Source: Nitrospinales bacterium
Lineage (GTDB): Bacteria; Nitrospinota; Nitrospinia; Nitrospinales; VA-1
Direction of reading: 5' to 3'
Assembly: GCA_965223345.1 (NCBI GenBank)
Contig: CBDCWG010000012.1
Coordinates: forward strand, 1,504,001-1,568,000
Length of the DNA: 64,000 nt
Positions 20,596 through 30,726 of this stretch are shown here, piece after piece (the stretch's first letter is position 1; every line of letters starts with the position of its first letter). Position numbers and translations under genes: made by a program. The notes under the pieces were generated by a model. That model worked only from the letters and a program-made list of their open reading frames with translations, was not told the origin of the DNA and did not search any database.

Positions 20596-21506
20596 ATCCT
20601 CAGCTTGGCAATGACCGCATGAAAGGGGGGACTTCTCACTCAAATCCGCGGGATAAAATGCATGAGAATGCGACAAGGGATTTGCGAGCGAAGGTCGAAT
20701 CCCTTGAGGTCGATTTGATTTTAAAAACACTCAAGGATTTGCACGGTTATGATTTCACCCATTATTCCAGAGATTCGTTGCTGCGCAGGTTACAAGACTT
20801 TGTCCATGCAAATGAGCTTCAGAACATTGCAGAAATTATTCCTCTGTTGCTGAGGACTCCGAAATTTTTAGATGAGTTTTTACCCAGATTGTCCATTGGT
20901 GTCACCGAAATGTTCCGGGACCCTGAGTTTTTCCTCAGTATCAGAGAAAGAGTTTTGCCGAATCTGACAACTTATCCCTATGTCAAAATCTGGCATGCGG
21001 GCTGTTCCACGGGCGAGGAGGTGTATTCCAATGCCATTCTGCTTGATGAATACGGCCTGTTGGATCGCAGTGTTATCTACGGGACGGATTTTAACAATCA
21101 AGCGTTGGACCAGGCTGTATCCGGCGTGTATTCCCTGAAGGCTTTGAAGGATTATCAAAAATCCTACCGGGCGGCAGGAGGGCAGGGAAGTTTGTCAGAA
21201 TACTATCATGACTCTTACGAGAACGGCATCATGCATGAGAATCTAAAACGTAACGTCACGTTTTCTCATCACAACCTGGTTCAGGATGGCGTGTTCGGAG
21301 AGATGACCCTGATATTATGCCGCAACGTATTGATCTATTTTGATCTCGACCTGCAAAATCAGGTTTTGAAATTGCTGACAGACAGCTTGCGCCCCGGCGG
21401 TTATTTGTGTCTGGGACGGAACGAAAGCTTGAACTCTCGGGGCTCTGATACCGGATACGAGATCATCGATCGGACGAACAAAATCTATAGAAAAGTGGTT
21501 TATTGA
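20589..21506 (+). CDS. cheR: CheR-type methyltransferase
   Basis: GYDF..Y, VTEMFRDP, IWHAGCSTGEE, CRNVLIYF. Confidence 0.9.
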   Translation: MLNPQLGNDRMKGGTSHSNPRDKMHENATRDLRAKVESLEVDLILKTLKDLHGYDFTHYSRDSLLRRLQDFVHANELQNIAEIIPLLLRTPKFLDEFLPRLSIGVTEMFRDPEFFLSIRERVLPNLTTYPYVKIWHAGCSTGEEVYSNAILLDEYGLLDRSVIYGTDFNNQALDQAVSGVYSLKALKDYQKSYRAAGGQGSLSEYYHDSYENGIMHENLKRNVTFSHHNLVQDGVFGEMTLILCRNVLIYFDLDLQNQVLKLLTDSLRPGGYLCLGRNESLNSRGSDTGYEIIDRTNKIYRKVVY

Positions 21507-21517
21507 GGAGAGAGAAC

Positions 21518-22681
21518 ATGGGTTCGGCGACGCAAAAATCGGGCACGGACAGTTCACAAAATGAAATCATGCCGGTCTCTACTGAAAAGGCCAAGATTTT
21601 AGTGGTGGACGATCGTCCTGAAAATCTGATTGCCACTCGAAAAATTTTGAAATCCATTGACGCTGAGGTCCTTGAAGCCGAATCCGGAAACGCCGCGCTT
21701 TCTCTCATGCTGCGCCATCGCTTTGCTGTGGTCTTGCTGGATGTGCAAATGCCGGAAATGGATGGATTTGAAGTCGCGAGATTGATGAACGAACATGAAG
21801 AAATGAAAAATACGCCCGTCGTGTTTGTCACGGCTATCAGCAAGGAGGAGCACTTTGCCGATCGAGCGGCGGAAATAGGGGCGGTGGATTACATCTACAA
21901 GCCGATCAACTCAAATATTCTCAAAAGCAAAGTGCAGGTTTATGTCGATCTGTTCTCACAACAAAAACAGCTCAGAAAGTTGAACGACATTCTAAAGAAA
22001 AATAATGAAGAGCTCGAACGCTTTGCCTACATCTGCTCTCATGATTTACAGGAACCCGCACGAATGATGGGTTCGTTTGCTGAATTTCTGCATGAAGATT
22101 ATAAGGATTTGCTGGATGATAAAGGGCAAAAATATCTGGACTTCATTTATCAGGGCGCGAGCCAAATGCAAAAAATGATCAATGATATTTTGACATTTTC
22201 GCGTGTGGGGCATGAGGCGGTTGAATTGAAAAATGTAGATAGCCAGGAAATCGTCCAGAATATTGTCAGCAAATTAGACAAAGATATAAAAGACATAAAT
22301 GCAAATATTGTGATCGGTCGCTTGCCGGTCTTGCAAACAAGCGAAACGCTAGTGAGTGTGTTGATGCAAAATTTAATCAGCAATGCACTAAAATATCAGG
22401 ACGGCCGCGAACCGCTTGAAATCGAAATACAGGCTGAAGAATCACAAGAAGCGTGGCTCTTTTCGGTCAAAGACAATGGGATCGGGATCAAGCCGGAATA
22501 TGAGCACAAAGTATTTGCCATGTTTCAGCGTATTCACCGTAAGGAAGATTACCCCGGCACGGGGATTGGCTTGAGCACCTGCAAGAAGTACATTGAACTG
22601 TACGGCGGGAAAATCTGGTTTGAATCTACTCCGGATCAGGGCAGCATATTTTTATTCACCATTCCCAAAAAACAGGGTTGA
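21518..22681 (+). CDS. Receiver-histidine kinase hybrid
   Basis: VVDDRPENL REC; FAYICSHDLQEP H-box; DNGIG, GTGIGL; GAGGAG RBS. Confidence 0.9.
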   Translation: MGSATQKSGTDSSQNEIMPVSTEKAKILVVDDRPENLIATRKILKSIDAEVLEAESGNAALSLMLRHRFAVVLLDVQMPEMDGFEVARLMNEHEEMKNTPVVFVTAISKEEHFADRAAEIGAVDYIYKPINSNILKSKVQVYVDLFSQQKQLRKLNDILKKNNEELERFAYICSHDLQEPARMMGSFAEFLHEDYKDLLDDKGQKYLDFIYQGASQMQKMINDILTFSRVGHEAVELKNVDSQEIVQNIVSKLDKDIKDINANIVIGRLPVLQTSETLVSVLMQNLISNALKYQDGREPLEIEIQAEESQEAWLFSVKDNGIGIKPEYEHKVFAMFQRIHRKEDYPGTGIGLSTCKKYIELYGGKIWFESTPDQGSIFLFTIPKKQG

Positions 22682-22687
22682 GTCTAC

Positions 22688-23128
22688 ATGAATAAAAACA
22701 AAACTGTAAAAATCCTGCTCATTGAAGACAATGAAGGCGATGTCATGTTGACACAAAGGGCCTTTGAAAAAAGCGCCATGGACATTAGCCTGAACATCGC
22801 ATACGACGGACATGAGGGTATGCAATACCTTCGGCAGGAAGGCGAATTTGCAAATACGGAAATACCGGATATCATCTTGCTGGACATCAATATGCCAAAA
22901 ATGAATGGTAAAGAAGTTTTAGAGGAAATCAAAAATGACGAACGCCTGAAAATAATTCCTGTGATCATGCTCACGAGTTCAGAGGCGCAAAGGGATATTC
23001 TTGAGTCTTACAAAAGACATGCAAACTCCTATGTCATTAAGCCATTCTCTCCCGATGAATTTTGTGATGTCGCGAAAAAAATTGAAGAATTCTGGCTGAA
23101 TACTGCAAAGCTTCCCAGCGAAGATTGA
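22688..23128 (+). CDS. Single-domain response regulator (Rcp-like)
   Basis: LIEDN, LLDINMPKMNG, MLTSS, ANSYVIKP, FWL. Confidence 0.9.
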   Translation: MNKNKTVKILLIEDNEGDVMLTQRAFEKSAMDISLNIAYDGHEGMQYLRQEGEFANTEIPDIILLDINMPKMNGKEVLEEIKNDERLKIIPVIMLTSSEAQRDILESYKRHANSYVIKPFSPDEFCDVAKKIEEFWLNTAKLPSED

Positions 23129-23221
23129 GCCTGTTTCAGGTTTAACTCGTTAAATAAGATTCGGTGCCTTGATCCGTCGGTTGAAGGTTCGAGTGCTTCA
23201 GGGTTTACCAGATAATTTGGG

Positions 23222-23248
23222 GGGTGCGAGAGATCGCATCCTTTTTTT
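23222..23248 (+). terminator. Rho-independent terminator
   Basis: GGGTGCGA-GAGA-TCGCATCC stem followed by a T-run. Confidence 0.6.
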
Positions 23249-23431
23249 GTGAAAAATTCTAATAGGAGGGCAGGGTGGGGTGGCTGAATCACAGGGTTCC
23301 AAAATGCCCGATATCCAATTATCGGTTTTTCGAAATCGGTTCTTGAAACGCGTCGAACTTTCTCCAAGATAAATCTATTCTGCAGCCCTGCCTACGGGTA
23401 CAATTCTTTAATTCGATCGTCACCCCTGCGT

Positions 23432-23447
23432 TGGCATCCAAATTGCT
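23432..23447 (+). promoter_or_regulatory. sigma54 -24/-12 promoter upstream of trkH
   Basis: TGGCATCCAAATTGCT, GG-N10-GC spacing. Confidence 0.7.
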
Positions 23448-23493
23448 ATTTTTAGATTATGTGTATCTCATTGGTTGAAATCCACCACCTCGT

Positions 23494-24966
23494 ATGAGCG
23501 CATCCACCCACCGGGCAGTCGTTTTCGCGATCCGTCCCGGCGTCCTGGTCCGTTATCTGTGCCTGCTTATCGGGTTGTTCGGCGTTCTGTCCTGCATCCC
23601 GCTTGCGGTGGCGCTGGCATCCGGTGGGGGCGCTTCGGTTTTGACGCAGGCCGTTGTGGTGGGTGCGGCCCTGCTGCTGGGAGGGGTGGGGGTTTTCGCC
23701 ACCCGCAGGCGCAATATCCACCTGCAGCGCAACGAATCGCTCGCGCTGGTGGCACTGGTGTTCGTCGTCCTTCCCCTCATGCAGACGATTCCCGTCATGA
23801 GCCACGGCATTCCGTTCATGGACGCCTGGTTCGAAGCGGTCTCCGGGGTCACGACGACGGGCCTGTCCACACTCGGCACCGTCGAGGACAAACCCGTATC
23901 GTTTCTGTTCGCGCGCGGCTGGATGCAGTGGGTGGGCGGTCTGGGCATCGTCGTGCTGGCCCTGGCGCTGGTGCTTCAGCCGGGTATCGTCACCCGGAAA
24001 CTGGGGTTCGACTCCCGCGAAGTGGAAGACGTGGTCGGCGGAACCCGCGCTCACGCCCGGCGCATCCTCATCGCCTACGTCGTGTTGACCACGATGATCG
24101 GCCTGGCGCTGCTGGCAGCCGGGAGCGGCGCGACCGACGCCTGGGTGCACGCGATGGCGGCGATCTCGACCGGCGGGTTTGCCAATCACGACGACAGCCT
24201 CGCCGGCGTTGCGACGCTGGAGCGCGGCATCGTTCTCGCAGGTTGTCTCGCGGGTGCGGTTTCGTTTCATTTATATTACCGGCGCCAGTTTTCCAGCTGG
24301 GGCCGGGTGTTCGGCGACGTGCAGTTTCTCCTGTTGCTGGCGCTGGTCGCCGTGGTGACGGCGCTGCTGTTTGCGGCCCTGTCGCGCGATCCGGCACTCA
24401 GCCCGCTGGCGCGCGGCGAACAGGCCCTGTGGATGGCGTTGTCGGCGCAGACCACGGCGGGTTTTGCGACGATGCCGCCGCAGGAGATGGGCCCGGTTGC
24501 ACTGGCAGTCCTGAGCCTGGCCATGCTGGTTGGAGGCGGCCTCGGCTCGACGGCGGGCGGCATCAAGGTTTTGCGTCTGATGATCGTCCTGCGGGTGGTG
24601 CAACTTTACCTGCAGCGGCTGTCCGCCTCCGCCCACGCCCGCATTCCGGACCGCTTTCTGGGCACGCCGCTCACGTCCGGAGACATCCAGGGTGTGGTGG
24701 CGGTGTGCAACGTGTACGCGGCGACGCTGCTGGTATCCTGGTTGATTTTTGTGCACTGCGGCCACGATCCGCTGCGTTCCCTGTTCGAAGTCAGCTCGGC
24801 GCTGGCCACGGCGGGGCTTTCCGCCGGGATCACCGGGCCGCAACTGGAAACCGGGCTCAAACTGGTTTTGATCGTCAACATGACGGTCGGGCGGGTGGAA
24901 GCCCTCGCGGTCGTCGTTCTGCTGATGCCGCGCAACTGGTTGGGAAAGAGGAGGCGGGTGACATGA
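23494..24966 (+). CDS. trkH: Trk potassium uptake membrane subunit
   Basis: FEAVSGVTTTG, QWVGGLG, STGGF, TTAGF, GSTAGGIK, SALATAGLS pore motifs. Confidence 0.93.
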   Translation: MSASTHRAVVFAIRPGVLVRYLCLLIGLFGVLSCIPLAVALASGGGASVLTQAVVVGAALLLGGVGVFATRRRNIHLQRNESLALVALVFVVLPLMQTIPVMSHGIPFMDAWFEAVSGVTTTGLSTLGTVEDKPVSFLFARGWMQWVGGLGIVVLALALVLQPGIVTRKLGFDSREVEDVVGGTRAHARRILIAYVVLTTMIGLALLAAGSGATDAWVHAMAAISTGGFANHDDSLAGVATLERGIVLAGCLAGAVSFHLYYRRQFSSWGRVFGDVQFLLLLALVAVVTALLFAALSRDPALSPLARGEQALWMALSAQTTAGFATMPPQEMGPVALAVLSLAMLVGGGLGSTAGGIKVLRLMIVLRVVQLYLQRLSASAHARIPDRFLGTPLTSGDIQGVVAVCNVYAATLLVSWLIFVHCGHDPLRSLFEVSSALATAGLSAGITGPQLETGLKLVLIVNMTVGRVEALAVVVLLMPRNWLGKRRRVT

Positions 24967-25640
24967 GAGTGGTATTTGTGGGGGCCAGCAGCCTGACCGT
25001 GGTCACGGCGCGGCTGGCCATCGAGAAAGGGCACGAAGTGGTGATCGTGGAACTGGATCCGAAGCGAATCGACGCACTGAGCAGCGAGCTGGACTGCGGT
25101 TTCATAGAGGGAGACGGTTCGTTTCCCGCGATTCTGGAAGAAGTGGGGCCGGAAAACACCGATTTTCTCATCTGCCTCACGGACAACGATCAGGACAACA
25201 TCCTTGCGTCCCTGGTGGGGCAGGAGATGGCGTTCGACCGGGTCATCACGCGGATCGAGAACCCGGACTTCGACACGGTCTGCAAACGGTTGAAGCTGGA
25301 AGACGTGTTCAACCCCGACCGGCAGGTGGCGGACATGCTGCTCGACCGGGTGGAAGGCCACAAACACGCGCGCAACGCGACGGAGCTCAAGGGCGAGCTG
25401 TCCTTCTTCAAGTTTCAGGTCGTGGACGACACCGAAAAGAAACCCGATGCGCTCGGCCTGCCGGAAGACGCGCAACCTCTTTGCGTCGAGCGGGGCGAGG
25501 AGGGCCTGCTGATCGGCGACATCGAAACACTGAAAGAAGGCGATGTCGTCACCGTGATCACGCGCAAGGAACGCATTGAGGAACTGGCATCGAAATTTCA
25601 ACTTCCCCATGCATCGCGCAGCAACCGGAAAGGAGACTGA
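24963..25640 (+). CDS. trkA: TrkA-family NAD-binding (RCK) subunit
   Basis: ATGA overlap with trkH; MRVVFVGA, GDG, TDNDQDNIL. Confidence 0.88.
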   Translation: MRVVFVGASSLTVVTARLAIEKGHEVVIVELDPKRIDALSSELDCGFIEGDGSFPAILEEVGPENTDFLICLTDNDQDNILASLVGQEMAFDRVITRIENPDFDTVCKRLKLEDVFNPDRQVADMLLDRVEGHKHARNATELKGELSFFKFQVVDDTEKKPDALGLPEDAQPLCVERGEEGLLIGDIETLKEGDVVTVITRKERIEELASKFQLPHASRSNRKGD

Positions 25641-25641
25641 C

Positions 25642-26628
25642 GTGGCAGCCCCTTCAGAGGCACAGGAACAGGCACAGACACAAGCAGACGGCGCAAATGA
25701 CAAAGCGGCGGACGATTCGCAAAACACGCTCATCGAAGCGCCGGATTCGATTGCGGACGTGGCCGAAACATTGCAGGAAACCCTGCTCAACATATGGAAG
25801 AATTTTTTGCAACACACCCCCTACCTTTTGGCAGGCATCGCTGTGCTGCTGTTGACCTGGATCGTGGCGGCCCTGTTTTCCAAACTGGGCCACCGGCTGT
25901 TCGAATTCAGGAACATTCGCAGATCTCTGGAAGATCTGATCATTCGGCTCATCACCATCGCGATCTGGATGGGCGGGCTGCTGCTGGCGGCGATGTTCTG
26001 GTTTCCCGGGCTCACGCCGACCACCGCTTTGGGAGGATTGGGAATCGCATCGATCGCCATCGGATTCGCGTTTCAGGATATCTTTGAAAACTTCTTTGCG
26101 GGCATCCTGCTGCTTTGGCGATTCCCTTTCGAAAGCGGCGATTTCATCGAATGCCAGGATATTCTGGGCCGGGTGGAATCCGTGGATATCCGCATGACGC
26201 AGATCCGGCTCACCACAGGGGAGCTGGTTCTGGTCCCCAACTCCACCCTGTTTAAAAACCCCGTTCAGGTGCTCACGAACAAACCCCACAGGCGCGTGAC
26301 CGTGACCACGGGCGTGGCTTATGGAGAGGATGTTTCCGAGTCGGTCGATGTCATCGAAGAAGCGGTCAAAAGCTGCGAAACCGTGAAAGCGGAGGAACCG
26401 GTCGAGATTTTTCCCAAAGCCTTCGGCTCCAGCAGCATCGACATCGAGGTCACCTGGTGGACCGGCAACAAGCCCCTCGACATCCGCCGCTCGCGCGGGG
26501 AGGTCGTCACCGCCGTCAAGCGGGCGCTGGATGAAGCCGGGATTGAAATTCCCTTCCCGTATCGGACGCTCACCTTCAAGGAACCGCTGGTTACGCAATC
26601 GCAGGATTCCCAGGATGCGTCTGGGTGA
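25642..26628 (+). CDS. MscS-family mechanosensitive channel
   Basis: GFAFQDIFENF, PF..GD, VPNS, GIEIPFP; GTG start after AAGGAG. Confidence 0.9.
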   Translation: MAAPSEAQEQAQTQADGANDKAADDSQNTLIEAPDSIADVAETLQETLLNIWKNFLQHTPYLLAGIAVLLLTWIVAALFSKLGHRLFEFRNIRRSLEDLIIRLITIAIWMGGLLLAAMFWFPGLTPTTALGGLGIASIAIGFAFQDIFENFFAGILLLWRFPFESGDFIECQDILGRVESVDIRMTQIRLTTGELVLVPNSTLFKNPVQVLTNKPHRRVTVTTGVAYGEDVSESVDVIEEAVKSCETVKAEEPVEIFPKAFGSSSIDIEVTWWTGNKPLDIRRSRGEVVTAVKRALDEAGIEIPFPYRTLTFKEPLVTQSQDSQDASG

Positions 26629-26676
26629 AGAAACGATGGAACGCTGATTGACTCTGAAACTGGAAAGGATCTGGAT

Positions 26677-27435
26677 GTGAAAAATACGGTTCTGTTTTGC
26701 CTGGCGTTTTTAAGTGTTCTCGCGGTGAATGCGGAAGCCGGAATCGAGAACCGGCCTCTGAATACCGACGATGCGCAGACTCTCGATATGGATACCGGCA
26801 CGGTGGCGTTCGGTGCGGCCTATGTGAACGAAGCCAATGGCGCCGACGTCCTCGATTTTCCGCTCGATCTGGGTTACGGCGTGCGCAAGAATTTCGAGAT
26901 CACCATCAACATCCCGTTTTCCTATCTCAATCCCGAACCGGGGCCGGACGTGGCCGGGTTTTCGGACATTTCGATCCGCCCGGAACTGAATTTCCTGCAG
27001 GAAACCGAAACCCTGCCGGCCCTGTCGTTCGCGACGGTGTTCAAGCTCGACAACGGTGACGAAGCGCGCGGCCTGGGTTCCGGCGCTGTGGATTACTCCC
27101 TGTCCCTGCAGGCGAGCAAACGGTTCGCACCGGTGATCCTGCACGTCAACCTCGGCTACACCTTCGTCGGCGAGCCGACAGGTGTGGAGCGGGACGACGT
27201 GGTGTTTTACAACTTCGGTGCGGGATACACCCTCAACCCATCGTTGACGCTGGTCGGAGAGATCGTCGGTCAGACGAATTCCGATCCCCGTGGCGACGAC
27301 GACCTCTGGGAATGGCTGGCGGGTTTCATCTACCAGCCCGTTGCGGGTTACGCCTTCGATGTGGGGCTGGGAACCGGATTTACGGATGCCAGCCCGGACG
27401 TTCGCTTCACGATCGGGCTGACGCATTTTTTCTAG
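26677..27435 (+). CDS. Putative outer-membrane beta-barrel (transporter/MetA-pathway-like family)
   Basis: Signal peptide, RPLxTDDA, GLGSG, alternating beta strands, C-terminal Phe. Confidence 0.7.
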   Translation: MKNTVLFCLAFLSVLAVNAEAGIENRPLNTDDAQTLDMDTGTVAFGAAYVNEANGADVLDFPLDLGYGVRKNFEITINIPFSYLNPEPGPDVAGFSDISIRPELNFLQETETLPALSFATVFKLDNGDEARGLGSGAVDYSLSLQASKRFAPVILHVNLGYTFVGEPTGVERDDVVFYNFGAGYTLNPSLTLVGEIVGQTNSDPRGDDDLWEWLAGFIYQPVAGYAFDVGLGTGFTDASPDVRFTIGLTHFF

Positions 27436-27462
27436 GCCGGGTCCGCAACGGGGGCGCTGCGT

Positions 27463-28833
27463 TCATTCGCTCGGCGCGTCGGCGTCGAGCAAATCGGTCT
27501 CTCTGTCCTTACGGCGTTCTTCCTCCACCTTTTCTTCCATTTGTGTGTCCTTGTCCGTGTCCGCAGCTTCTTCGGTCCGCGAAGATCCCGCGTTGCCCGA
27601 TTCCGGTTTGAATCTCATGGGAACGATTTTTTCATTGGCAAGTGAAGGGGTTTTTGCGAACCGCAGCCGGTAGATCGGCTCCGGAAGCTCCATGCCGTTC
27701 TCCTCCAGAACCGTTTTGGTCAATCGAATGGCCTCGCTGCGTGCAGCAAACAGACTGGTCTTTCTCTGGTCGATCCAGCCTGCGAACCACAGAATCACAC
27801 TGGAATCTCCGACTGTTTCGATCCAGCCCAGAGGTTTGGGCTCGTCGAGGACAAATTCCAGCGTTTCTATACTCGCAATGCCCAGATCGACCGCTCGTTT
27901 GAGGTCTGCATCCGCGTTCACACCGAGGGTGAATTCGAAACGGCGTTCGGCGTGAACGCTGAAATTCTTAATAACACCCTTGAACACTCTGGAGTTGGGG
28001 ATGCGCACGTGGTTGCCGTCGAATGTGAGCAGCACCGTCGCCCGGGACGTGAGCCGGATGACGTGGCCTTCCCATTCTTCGATCAGCACGTGGTCGTTGG
28101 GGCGAAAGGGCTGCCGGATGCTCAGCAGAATGCTCGCGATGTAATTTTCGATGGTGTCGCGGACGGCAAACCCGAAAGCCAGCCCGACGATTCCCGCCGC
28201 ACCGAGCAACGTTCCCAGAAGTGCGGTGGCTCCCAGTATGTCCAGCGCCGCCACCAGGCCCAGCACGACGAAGACCAGACGCACCAGCTGTCGTATGAGG
28301 TCGGCAAGAAACGCATTGGGAGCGATCTTGTTCCAGGGATTTTTGAGTCGTGCGATCCAGAGACCCAGCAGCACGCAGGCGAGGAAGGCGGCGGCCGCCA
28401 CGCCGAACAGGGGCATGAACCGGATGCCTTCCTGCAGCCGATCGAACAGTTTTGCCAGCGCCGGGGTCAGGCGCTCTTCCACAGACGTTTCCTGCCGGAT
28501 TTCGTTGTTGATCGTCACCACGCCTTCGACCCGCGCGGTAAGCTCCTCCGCCTGCTGGATGGTTTCCGAGTCGATGACGCTTCCTTTCAGCGTCACCACT
28601 CCTGCGTTCACTGTGACGGAGACCTCTCGCAGCGCTTCGATCTCATCGAAGATGGAACGGATGCGTTCGTGAATCGCCTGATCCGATTGCGTTGTGTGGT
28701 TCAGCTCGATCGCTGGCGGCGCCGGTTCTGCGTCCTTGCCGTTCTGTGCGTGCGCCGCATGCACGAGAACGAGTGCCCATACGATCGGAATAAGGATAAA
28801 TACGTTGCGTGCGGTGATGGTTGAGATTCGCAT
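27463..28833 (-). CDS. BON domain + MscS mechanosensitive channel
   Basis: Signal peptide, GVVTLKG BON, GFAVRDTIENY, IPNS; start at 28833 supported by GGAAGG and the upstream sigma54 site. Confidence 0.88.
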   Translation of the reverse strand: MRISTITARNVFILIPIVWALVLVHAAHAQNGKDAEPAPPAIELNHTTQSDQAIHERIRSIFDEIEALREVSVTVNAGVVTLKGSVIDSETIQQAEELTARVEGVVTINNEIRQETSVEERLTPALAKLFDRLQEGIRFMPLFGVAAAAFLACVLLGLWIARLKNPWNKIAPNAFLADLIRQLVRLVFVVLGLVAALDILGATALLGTLLGAAGIVGLAFGFAVRDTIENYIASILLSIRQPFRPNDHVLIEEWEGHVIRLTSRATVLLTFDGNHVRIPNSRVFKGVIKNFSVHAERRFEFTLGVNADADLKRAVDLGIASIETLEFVLDEPKPLGWIETVGDSSVILWFAGWIDQRKTSLFAARSEAIRLTKTVLEENGMELPEPIYRLRFAKTPSLANEKIVPMRFKPESGNAGSSRTEEAADTDKDTQMEEKVEEERRKDRETDLLDADAPSE

Positions 28834-28872
28834 TGAAGCCTTCCAGAGAAAAGATCGTTGCAGTAAGAAGAA

Positions 28873-28888
28873 AGCAAATACTCTGCCA
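28873..28888 (-). promoter_or_regulatory. sigma54 -24/-12 promoter for BON-MscS
   Basis: Minus strand TGGCAGAGTATTTGCT. Confidence 0.7.
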
Positions 28889-29038
28889 TAAATCACTTCT
28901 GATGAAGATACCTGCCGGACCTGGATCGAGTGCTGCATTCAAGGTCATTTGTTTGAAATTTACTGGTACGAACCTCGCAAACCCTGGCGGTTGTGCTGCG
29001 TTAATCCGTGAAAATGGGAAGCGATAACCACCATGAGT

Positions 29039-29052
29039 GGTGCAAATACACC
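29039..29052. promoter_or_regulatory. Candidate enhancer box GGTG-N6-CACC
   Basis: GGTGCAAATACACC lying between two divergent sigma54 promoters. Confidence 0.45.
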
Positions 29053-29118
29053 GCCCATCCCTGCATCTTCGACCTTGGCAGCGAACCCATCGTCCATTCC
29101 ATGAACACTTTGAGCCGA

Positions 29119-29134
29119 TGGCATCGGTCTTGCT
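29119..29134 (+). promoter_or_regulatory. sigma54 -24/-12 promoter for yqaE-DUF4112
   Basis: TGGCATCGGTCTTGCT. Confidence 0.72.
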
Positions 29135-29229
29135 TTTATTAAGTGGTGTCCACACAGGCAAACCGGTTTTACCGGTGACTTTCAGCGCGAAAACGTTGTT
29201 CAAGCAATCAAATTAACGAAGGAGAGCAC

Positions 29230-29391
29230 ATGGCGGACTTTCTTCGAATCCTGCTGTCTATCCTGATTCCACCGCTGGGTGTTTTTATGCAGGTGGGGAT
29301 CGGGAAGGATTTCTGGATCAATATTCTGTTGACCATTTTGGGCTATATCCCCGGAATCGTCCACGCTGTCTGGATCATTGCGAAACGGTGA
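29230..29391 (+). CDS. yqaE: YqaE/Pmp3 family small membrane protein (53 aa; not in ORF track)
   Basis: MADFLRILLSILIPPLGVF...FWINILLTILGYIPGIVHAVWII; AAGGAG RBS. Confidence 0.92.
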   Translation: MADFLRILLSILIPPLGVFMQVGIGKDFWINILLTILGYIPGIVHAVWIIAKR

Positions 29392-29431
29392 CCGGCCGAT
29401 ACGGCCCGGCATTTTTTAAAAGGAACCCTGC

Positions 29432-29908
29432 TTGAATAATCCGTACGTTGAGCGTTCTAAAAACAAGTTGAATCGGCTTGCCTGGTTGCTGGACAGCTCC
29501 ATCCCGATCCCTGGAACACAACTGCGGTTCGGTCTCGATGGTTTGATCGGTTTGATTCCAGGAATCGGCGATACGGCCGGCGCCATCATTTCAAGTTATA
29601 TCATTGCGCAGGCGTCGCAATTGGGCGCTCCAAAATCGATTCTTATAAAGATGGCATTCAATGTTTGCATGGACGCCGTGCTGGGAATCGTTCCTGTTTT
29701 GGGAGACTTGACGGATTTTGTCTGGAAGGCCAACCAGCGCAACGTACAGTTGTTGAGCGACTACCTGGACCGTCCCCAGCAAACAGTGGTTCACAGCCAG
29801 TTGTTCGTCGGGGTCATGGTCGTCGTGGTGGCTCTGGTTGTGATAGCTGTTGGCGCATTCGGTTTTCTTCTCATGCGCTGGCTCTGGATATCGGTACAGG
29901 GAGCATGA
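29432..29908 (+). CDS. DUF4112 family membrane protein
   Basis: LLDSSIPIPGT.RFGLDGLIGLIPGIGD...WKANQRN. Confidence 0.88.
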   Translation: MNNPYVERSKNKLNRLAWLLDSSIPIPGTQLRFGLDGLIGLIPGIGDTAGAIISSYIIAQASQLGAPKSILIKMAFNVCMDAVLGIVPVLGDLTDFVWKANQRNVQLLSDYLDRPQQTVVHSQLFVGVMVVVVALVVIAVGAFGFLLMRWLWISVQGA

Positions 29909-30138
29909 TTATTTTATCTTCCGGTTTCAGTCTATCGGAAAACGGATGGGTTTAAATGCATGCTGTTCATCGATAAACCTGCGCACTTGTATGTGTGAGT
30001 TGCGTGCCCTCATCCGTATTGCAAGTCTGAATATAAAACCACCAGTTGGTTTATTTCCACCACCGCCTGCGCTCTTAACGGAACGATCGATAAAAAAATT
30101 GGTCATGAATAACAAGATTTTAGAGGGGTAGCGCCGTT

Positions 30139-30154
30139 TGGCACTGGTCTTGCT
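30139..30154 (+). promoter_or_regulatory. sigma54 -24/-12 promoter for DUF1328-csbD-osmY operon
   Basis: TGGCACTGGTCTTGCT, near-perfect consensus; IHF-like TAACAAGATTTTA at 30110-30122. Confidence 0.8.
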
Positions 30155-30247
30155 CAATCAGGGGGCATACAGGAGAGAAAGTTAAGGAGGCGGTTGCTAC
30201 CTCTTGTAGAGACCCACTCCGCTTACAAACATATTAGGAGAAAGATC

Positions 30248-30421
30248 ATGCTTAATTTGGCAATCACATTTTTTGTCGTCGCATTGATTGCAGCTGTGCT
30301 CGGATTTGGCGGCATCGCCGGAACGGCTGCTGGAATCGCGCAAACAATTTTCTATATCTTTCTGGTTTTACTTCTTATCTCTGTTGTCATGCACGTTGTT
30401 CGGGGGAAACGTCCTCTGTAA
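30248..30421 (+). CDS. DUF1328/UPF0391 small membrane protein
   Basis: [32 protein letters not shown]. Confidence 0.9.
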   Translation: MLNLAITFFVVALIAAVLGFGGIAGTAAGIAQTIFYIFLVLLLISVVMHVVRGKRPL

Positions 30422-30472
30422 ATCATATATTCGTTTAAAAACACGCATCATCATTTGAAGAAAGGATAAACG

Positions 30473-30679
30473 ATGAACAAAGACATCGCAGAAGGAAAAT
30501 GGAAACAGCTCAAAGGCAAGGTGAAGGAAACCTGGGGCAAGTTGACGGACGATGAAATCGACCGCATCAACGGCCAGGCCGAGCAGCTCACAGGCATGAT
30601 TCAGGAGAAATACGGCATCTCGCGGGAAGAAGCGGAAGAGCAGGCGGAATCGTTCCGGAGCCGTCACGGTTGCGACTGA
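30473..30679 (+). CDS. CsbD/YjbJ family stress protein
   Basis: GKWKQLKGKVKETWGKLTDD...G.IQEKYG. Confidence 0.92.
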   Translation: MNKDIAEGKWKQLKGKVKETWGKLTDDEIDRINGQAEQLTGMIQEKYGISREEAEEQAESFRSRHGCD

Positions 30680-30726
30680 GCGCCGGTCAGCTTCTTTTCA
30701 TTTCTATTCAATCAATGAGAAACCGT

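Noticed and set aside
23475..25640. 721-aa ORF suggesting a long TrkA fusion
   Set aside because: The N-terminal two-thirds is an off-frame read-through of trkH; TrkA starts at ATG 24963.
28834..28938. ORF-track N-terminal extension of BON-MscS
   Set aside because: It overlaps the sigma54 promoter; ATG 28833 has an RBS and gives a signal peptide.
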